A stretch of 64,000 bases of DNA, from the NCBI GenBank assembly GCA_018696595.1, contig JABHQW010000008.1, positions 32,001 through 96,000 on the forward strand, given 5' to 3'. The notes beneath the pieces were generated by a model, which ran no database searches, was not told where the DNA came from, and worked only from the letters and a program-made list of their open reading frames with translations. Within the stretch, counting starts at the first letter, position 1. Every line of letters starts with the position of its first letter. The position numbers and the translations under genes were made by a program. This stretch comes from Candidatus Woesearchaeota archaeon. GTDB lineage: Archaea > Nanobdellota > Nanobdellia > Woesearchaeales > GW2011-AR9. Positions 58,181 through 64,000 of the stretch are shown here, one piece after another.

Positions 58181-59170
58181 ATGGTAAACAATTTGTTGAG
58201 TCATTATAAAGTCTCCCCAAAATTAGAAGTGAAATTAACAGCAAGTTTTCCTTTATCTCGGAGTACAGGAATTCAACAAGCTTATAATTCTCAAGAACCA
58301 GATTGGGACTTATTATTTACGCATTGGGGTAAAGAGATTATATATATTAATCCTAATATCCCCCAATTACAGTGGAGAGAGATATGCTTAGCAACCCATT
58401 GGAATCAATTTGAAGAAGCAGTTAAAAAAAATGATAAATTAGTACTAGATGGGAGAAAAATCGATGGTTTTTCAATTCAAGCTCAACGTAAAGGGGCTTT
58501 AAAAGATTTAAGTTTTTTATCTACTGCAAATTATTGTTTTACTCTTACCGATGATGACCAACATATTTTAATGGGAGTTAGGGGAGGAAGTGATAATGTA
58601 GGACAAGCAGTAACAATGCCATTGGGGGTTGTTTCTTATCCTTCAGAACCTGACCCTAATAATTTAGATCCAATTACGGCTTCAGTTTACTCCGAAGCAA
58701 ATGAAGAAGGGGGCATTTTACCAAATGAATATTCTTCATTAAATTGTATTGGAACCTTGCGACAAGAGCAATGTTCTACACCAGTAAATAATCTTATTTG
58801 GATTGGAAGATTAAAGATTACAGGTGAAGAAATTATAGAGAGACACAAAGTAGCCATTGAATTATATAATAAATTTGGAAATGATTCTGAGAACATATTA
58901 AAGGCACGAATGGAGTTGAGAAAAAGATTTTTATTTAATCCAAGATTTCCAAAAGATGCTTGGGAAAATTCAAGATTAAATTTATTTTCTAATGATCCCG
59001 AGAAAATGGTTGCAGATCTCAGTTATTTAATTGACCAAGGAAAAGAAATTAAACATGGATTATATGGTGCTTTAGCCTTATATATTTTAAACCAACATGG
59101 AGATAAATATTATAGTCAATTAATGAATATACCACAATTTAAAGAAAAGATTCATGATCAAAAATTATAG
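58181..59170 (+). CDS. Hypothetical protein with degenerate Nudix-like segment
   Basis: ILMGVRGG..MPLG..SEANEEGGI resembles a Nudix box. Confidence 0.55.
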   Translation: MVNNLLSHYKVSPKLEVKLTASFPLSRSTGIQQAYNSQEPDWDLLFTHWGKEIIYINPNIPQLQWREICLATHWNQFEEAVKKNDKLVLDGRKIDGFSIQAQRKGALKDLSFLSTANYCFTLTDDDQHILMGVRGGSDNVGQAVTMPLGVVSYPSEPDPNNLDPITASVYSEANEEGGILPNEYSSLNCIGTLRQEQCSTPVNNLIWIGRLKITGEEIIERHKVAIELYNKFGNDSENILKARMELRKRFLFNPRFPKDAWENSRLNLFSNDPEKMVADLSYLIDQGKEIKHGLYGALALYILNQHGDKYYSQLMNIPQFKEKIHDQKL

Positions 59171-59257
59171 GAACAATAAAAGAAATAATCCATATCAAAA
59201 AGTGAATATATCAATGTAGCATAATATTTATATAATCAATTTTTGTTTTCTCTTTAA

Positions 59258-59962
59258 ATGAAAGCATTAATTACTGCGGCCGGAATGGGTACGAGACTGG
59301 GTAATATTACTAAAGACACAAACAAGTGTATCTTAAATGTCGGAAACAAACCATTACTTCTCCATTCAGTCGAGATTCTCAAGAATGTAGGAATTGATGA
59401 CATATATGTAATTATTGGCCATCACGGAGAGAAAATTAAACAACTTCTTGGAGATAAAGTTAATTATATCTATAATCCTGATTATGCCACTACTAGTATT
59501 CTAGGTTCTATTGTTCTTGCTAAAGAACATTTATTCCAGTCAGAATTTGTTTTTCTAACCGGAGATTCTTTGCTCCATCCCGAACTCATCAAGGGCTTAT
59601 TAGAACCAAGTCAAGATGTTCTTGTTTCTATTGAGCTTAAAAAATGTAATGAAGAAGATATGAAAGTTGTTTTAGAGAACCATAATATTAAAGAAATAAG
59701 TAAAACAATATCTTTGGATCAGGCCCAGGGAGAATATACTAGCCTTACTAGATTCCCAAAAGAGTCTTCCACTGTTTTTTTTAATGAAGTTGAAAAAGCA
59801 ATAAACAATCAGAATTGTAAAACTTATGTTGCTGACATCCTTTTAAATTTACAAAATTTAGGGTTTAATCTTAAACCAATATATACCAATAAACCAAGAA
59901 TTGAAATTGATTTCTTAGAAGACTTAGAAAAAGCCCAAGCATTGTACAAACAATATTTTTGA
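59258..59962 (+). CDS. LicC/PntC-like (phosphocholine/phosphonate) cytidylyltransferase family NTP transferase
   Basis: ALITAAGMGTRL, NKCILNVGNKPL, YNPDYATT, EEDMKV, IEIDFLEDL; own TATA 23 nt upstream. Confidence 0.85.
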   Translation: MKALITAAGMGTRLGNITKDTNKCILNVGNKPLLLHSVEILKNVGIDDIYVIIGHHGEKIKQLLGDKVNYIYNPDYATTSILGSIVLAKEHLFQSEFVFLTGDSLLHPELIKGLLEPSQDVLVSIELKKCNEEDMKVVLENHNIKEISKTISLDQAQGEYTSLTRFPKESSTVFFNEVEKAINNQNCKTYVADILLNLQNLGFNLKPIYTNKPRIEIDFLEDLEKAQALYKQYF

Positions 59963-60032
59963 TTTCTAGTATGAAAATTATAAGAATATAGAAAAGATAA
60001 AAAGAAAATTAAAAAAGAAATTAATAAAAAAA

Positions 60033-60761
60033 TTAAAATTTCTTTTCTTCAACACCTAACCGATCACAAATTTGACTAATACTAATTACTTTCAAATCAT
60101 ATTGATCTGCTAAGCCCCTAAGTTGTGCAGGGGAAGCCATTTTGTAAGGGTCATCAGGATGTAATATTTCCATATCAACTACCACTGGAGGATTGATTCC
60201 AGCTAACTTCATCAATTCAATTCCCGATTCTGTATGACCTTGTCTAGCATAAAGTCCCTGAGGATTACCTGCAATTGGAACAAGATGTCCTGGTCTAACC
60301 AAGTCTTCTGGGGTTGATGCTCTTTCTTCTAATTCTCCGGAAACTAATCGTGAATAATCAAAAGGCCTACCGTTCTCTCCAGTTTGATAAGGAACAAATC
60401 GACCGCCAAGAATATTCGCAGTTTGTGCTCTTTCTGCAGCAGAACAACCAGAATGACCATACAATGTATCGGTAGTTAAACGAAAATTAGTTTGACTACT
60501 TTCTTGGTTATCACTTGCATCTACTTGACCAGGCAACCCAAACTGAGTTGCATAATCTTCAGGCATAAAAATAGCAATAAATGCCCCTTTAGCATTATCT
60601 AAAACAAATTTCATTGTTGTGGGTGTTATTTTAGCAGCAGAAACAAGAAAATCTCCTTCTCCTTCCCTACCTGGATTATCCATTAAAATAATTGGTTTGC
60701 CTTGTTGGATATCAATTAAAGCATCATCCAAACTATCTAATTTTACGCCATAATTATTCAT
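60033..60761 (-). CDS. ribB: Stand-alone, divergent 3,4-dihydroxy-2-butanone 4-phosphate synthase homolog
   Basis: MDNPGREGEGDF, DLVRPGHLVPI, RQGHTESGIELMKLAG; start moved to ATG 60761 with GAGGT SD. Confidence 0.8.
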   Translation of the reverse strand: MNNYGVKLDSLDDALIDIQQGKPIILMDNPGREGEGDFLVSAAKITPTTMKFVLDNAKGAFIAIFMPEDYATQFGLPGQVDASDNQESSQTNFRLTTDTLYGHSGCSAAERAQTANILGGRFVPYQTGENGRPFDYSRLVSGELEERASTPEDLVRPGHLVPIAGNPQGLYARQGHTESGIELMKLAGINPPVVVDMEILHPDDPYKMASPAQLRGLADQYDLKVISISQICDRLGVEEKKF

Positions 60762-60929
60762 TTTATTTACCTCTTCACATTTTTTAAAAATGTTAAATTT
60801 ATAAAGTAATCTCAAATTCTGATATATAAGTTTTATGCACTACAAATCAGACTACGAAAACCTAAATGATTTAAAACCCACATTCCAAAATAGAGATTAA
60901 TTTAACAGAAAGACAAGAGATCCAAAAAA

Positions 60930-61691
60930 ATGAAAACCAAATATCCATTTAAAACAATAACAAAAACTGAAGAGCAACTTCATTCTTGGACTTATGTATT
61001 TCTACTTAAGTATCCAACAATCTTATTAACCTGGCTATTTGCAAATTTTACTAACTTCTCTCCAAACTTAGTTTCTTTCCTAGGGCTGATTCCTTCTTTT
61101 ATTAGTGCTTATTTTTATGTTAATGGGAACTTACTATTTGGTGCTCTTTTTTATCTCTTGGCTTGGCTTCTTGATGGAGTTGATGGAAGATTAGCAAGAG
61201 TCAAAAGCCTAGGGTCAAAGTACGGGGCATTTTATGACAATTATGTTGGCCAAATTGGTTTTATTATAATGATCATGGGATTTTTTTATGGTATAGCTAG
61301 AATAAAACAAAATTCTTTATGGTTGTTGTTGGGCATTCTAGTTTACTTTCTGGTTACTTTCCGCAGCTTGATTGCTTTAAAAGTTAAAACCTTGATGGGA
61401 AATGAATATCGTGTCAACTTAGATGAAGTAAATGTTGAAGAAGCAAGTATTAAAGAAACAAAAGGATTATGGGGATTAGCTGTAAGATTACAAAATAAAC
61501 TGAACCAAAAAGGTTTAGTTGAACCATTTAACCTAATTGATATGATTGTATTGATTTTTATTATTGGCCCAATTGCGGAATTAATTTTATCTGGTTCTCT
61601 AATATATGTGATAATATTTGCATTGATTATGATTATAATAAAAGAAATCATCTGGTTTCTCTATTATAGAAAGATTTTAAAAGATAGGTGA
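60930..61691 (+). CDS. CDP-alcohol phosphotransferase family membrane protein
   Basis: FSPNLVSFL, DGVDGRLAR-x8-G-x3-D-x3-G. Confidence 0.85.
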   Translation: MKTKYPFKTITKTEEQLHSWTYVFLLKYPTILLTWLFANFTNFSPNLVSFLGLIPSFISAYFYVNGNLLFGALFYLLAWLLDGVDGRLARVKSLGSKYGAFYDNYVGQIGFIIMIMGFFYGIARIKQNSLWLLLGILVYFLVTFRSLIALKVKTLMGNEYRVNLDEVNVEEASIKETKGLWGLAVRLQNKLNQKGLVEPFNLIDMIVLIFIIGPIAELILSGSLIYVIIFALIMIIIKEIIWFLYYRKILKDR

Positions 61692-61699
61692 AATTAAAA

Positions 61700-62836
61700 A
61701 TGAATATAATTCTTCTTACTGATGGATTCATGCGGAATAAAAAAGAATCAATATATCTTACATTAACTAGTTTAAGTAAAGAATTAATTAATCAAGGACA
61801 TCAAGTAGTAATTATTGCTAATGGAAATAATGATCTTCCCCGGATTAATATTGAAGAGAGAGTAACAATCGTTAGGCCGCCAAAAATCTTCAGTTTTTGT
61901 AGAATAATGAGGATAATTATTATTGGTCCTTTTATTAGAGTCTTACAAAAAAAACAGAAAAGAAAATACCAAATCATTAATAATTTTAGTTCTGCTCCAA
62001 TCTTAGTATTGAGAGCAGTATTTGCAAAATTGTTTTTGCCAAATATTAAAATTATTCAAAGCATAAAGTCTTATTCAAAAATGAATCTTGGAAACCATTT
62101 TTTTCATTTACTTAATTTTGCAAATTTAGTAACTATACCAACAAAAGTATTTGCAAAAAAGCTGGTTAGAAAAGGAGTAAAAGAAGAGAAAATCGAGGTC
62201 ATGAGATCCACCATTAATACCAATAAATTTTATCCAAAGAATGGAGACAAACTTAAGCAGGAATATGGCTATAACAATAAAAATGTGATTTTTTATTATG
62301 GGGCATTATGGAAAGAAAAAGGAGTGAAATATCTTGTTGAAGCCATCCCCGAAATTAAAAAGGTAGAACCACAAACAATGTTCATTTTTGCACCACGAGA
62401 AAGAAAAGAATTTTTATATCAACATAAGAAGTTACTAAATAAAATTAAAAAAATACCTGATACAACTATTTTAATTAACAAAATTAAAATTGAAGATTAT
62501 GTCAATATGGCCCAGATTTTAGTACTCCCTTATGCCAGCATTATTGGAACAGAAGGTAATCCTTCCTGCTTACTAGAAGCAATGGCTTGTAAAACTGCCG
62601 TTGTTACAAGTAATCTCCCTGAGTTGAAGGAAATTGTGCAACATGAACAAGATGTTCTTTTAGCAGAACCCGAAAATCCCGCCTCCATTGCTAAAAATGT
62701 AATCCGATTATTAAATGATAAACAGTTACAAGAAAGATTAACTGAAAATGCATATAAGAAATCAAAACAATTTGATGTAAGAATCATTGCCCAACAATAT
62801 TTAAAGTTATATCAAAATGTTTTAAACAAGAAGTAA
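61700..62836 (+). CDS. GT4 glycosyltransferase
   Basis: YYGALWKEKG, EGNPSCLLEAMAC, NLPELKEIV; AGGTGA SD before ATG 61700. Confidence 0.88.
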   Translation: MNIILLTDGFMRNKKESIYLTLTSLSKELINQGHQVVIIANGNNDLPRINIEERVTIVRPPKIFSFCRIMRIIIIGPFIRVLQKKQKRKYQIINNFSSAPILVLRAVFAKLFLPNIKIIQSIKSYSKMNLGNHFFHLLNFANLVTIPTKVFAKKLVRKGVKEEKIEVMRSTINTNKFYPKNGDKLKQEYGYNNKNVIFYYGALWKEKGVKYLVEAIPEIKKVEPQTMFIFAPRERKEFLYQHKKLLNKIKKIPDTTILINKIKIEDYVNMAQILVLPYASIIGTEGNPSCLLEAMACKTAVVTSNLPELKEIVQHEQDVLLAEPENPASIAKNVIRLLNDKQLQERLTENAYKKSKQFDVRIIAQQYLKLYQNVLNKK

Positions 62837-62870
62837 TAATGATTAAATTATGAATAAACTCTGATTTGTT

Positions 62871-64000
62871 TTATTTATTCAAGAAAGAAAGAGTTTTTGT
62901 GACTATTGCATTTAGATTTAACTCTTTATTATCAGTCTTCACATTATTTGCTTCAAAATTATTAGATAACTGTTCAAATAAACCCATCTGTCTACTTAAT
63001 TCTTCAGGAGACTGGTCCCTTTTTCGGTTATAAAGAGTATTGGGATCATTGTAAAGATAAAAAGTTAAAGAAGGTTTAGGGAAAAAACTAAGAAAAAATC
63101 TTTTCAGAAAAAAAGGAACATGTTTCATCAAAAGAATATCGCTGCAGTATCTGTCTGTGACCACAATAAAGCGTTTTCTCTTTGGTAAAACAATAAACAA
63201 ATATCGAATTAATAAATCAAGAGTATAAATTGGAGAAGACAATGAATAAATAATTTTCTTTAAGTTCTTGCCAACTTTCTTTTTCTTTTCAACCCCTTTG
63301 TAAATATTACCAATCTTTTTAATGGGGATTATATTCTTCTTTCCCCGTCCAACATAAATTAAATTGACAGGATAACCATTATTCTTTAATATGCTTACCA
63401 ATCCTTCTGTCATTGTTGATTTTCCAGATCCATCTGGCCCAATTAAAGAGATCAATGGTTTGCTAGGCATCAATAGATTAAGTAAAGGAACCTTTCTTAA
63501 AGGACAATATTTTCTACTAAAAAACCACCGAGCAGATAATTTAGTAAAAGTCCAAGCCCTTTTAAAATCTTTAAAAGCATAATAACTCGCTAAGAATTTC
63601 ATTCTTCTTTCAATCTTCTCAAATGTTCCTTCTTGTACATTCTTTAATAAAAATAAAGCAATCTTTTTATTAAATATTTGAGCCAGGTTAGATTTAATAT
63701 AACTAAAATTAAGATCTTCCTGAGATAAACTCACCAGTTCCTCTTTATACTTATGTTTAAAAAATCGTTTTCCCAAAATAGAATGACATAAATAATGAAG
63801 ATAAGAATCATTAACAGAAAGTATTGGAAAGAAATACTTGTTTTCTATTCCTGATAAAATCTGATTCATCTTTAGATACACAATGTCGTTCCAGTAGATT
63901 CCTCCTTTTTGTAAGTCAAAAGAAAAAGTTTTTTTATTCTCTGGAAAATATTTCCAAAAACCTTGGTGTTTTAAAGAAAAGTTCTTACTAGATTTATTAA
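62871..64000 (-). CDS. Thymidylate-kinase-like P-loop protein with N-terminal extra domain; 5' end beyond the window
   Basis: LIGPDGSGKST, VTDRY; frame stays open from 63881 to the window edge (..FDLQKGGIYWNDIVYL..), so the track start is artificial. Confidence 0.75.
   Translation of the reverse strand, partial: NKSSKNFSLKHQGFWKYFPENKKTFSFDLQKGGIYWNDIVYLKMNQILSGIENKYFFPILSVNDSYLHYLCHSILGKRFFKHKYKEELVSLSQEDLNFSYIKSNLAQIFNKKIALFLLKNVQEGTFEKIERRMKFLASYYAFKDFKRAWTFTKLSARWFFSRKYCPLRKVPLLNLLMPSKPLISLIGPDGSGKSTMTEGLVSILKNNGYPVNLIYVGRGKKNIIPIKKIGNIYKGVEKKKKVGKNLKKIIYSLSSPIYTLDLLIRYLFIVLPKRKRFIVVTDRYCSDILLMKHVPFFLKRFFLSFFPKPSLTFYLYNDPNTLYNRKRDQSPEELSRQMGLFEQLSNNFEANNVKTDNKELNLNAIVTKTLSFLNK

Noticed and set aside
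1481-63582. Numerous short antisense or overlapping ORFs in the track (e.g. 1481-1681, 10220-10537, 17551-17932, 19728-20213, 38571-38990, 47097-47495, 61343-61651)
   Set aside because: They lie wholly opposite or inside well-supported genes, show shadow-ORF composition (S/F/L/I-rich) and have no motifs.
46227-64000. Methylphosphonate (MpnS/HEPD) pathway as in Thaumarchaeota
   Set aside because: No cupin-type Fe dioxygenase in the window; it could lie outside it.
1-64000. CRISPR array, rRNA, transposase, integrase or prophage
   Set aside because: No regularly spaced repeats, long GC-rich structural RNA or mobile-element motifs seen; intergenic gaps are all short.

Overview
AT-rich archaeal chromosome segment, supported by gatD, tfb, archaeal rps2, radB, aMBF1, AMP phosphorylase, AglB and TATA/BRE promoters with many leaderless starts. 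A DPANN/Woesearchaeota-like origin is my inference, not a database result. Left part (1-30 kb): an adenosyl-salvage operon (ahcY, PfkB kinase, MTAP-APRT fusion), housekeeping genes, two large acidic surface proteins, a small class-III-signal protein, a yvcK-HAD-GlmU-ColD-like sugar operon, a carbamoyltransferase and a structured leader upstream of rps2. Right part (30-64 kb) is one continuous cell-surface modification island. It begins with an N-glycosylation block: GT-C and GT2 enzymes, a DPPR-synthase-like UbiA, and AglB fused to a C-terminal parvulin PPIase. It runs directly into a phosphonate pathway: PEP mutase-NTase, phosphonopyruvate decarboxylase, a four-domain Fe-ADH/CyTase/LicC-like/AEP-transaminase fusion, a B12 radical SAM enzyme, LicD, two CDP-alcohol phosphotransferases that both lack the fourth conserved Asp, GT4s and a divergent RibB. 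The best candidate for an undescribed system is this archaeal phosphono-glycan/phosphonolipid pathway linked to AglB. No tRNA, rRNA, CRISPR array or mobile element was recognised. All calls come from motif recognition by eye; no searches were run.
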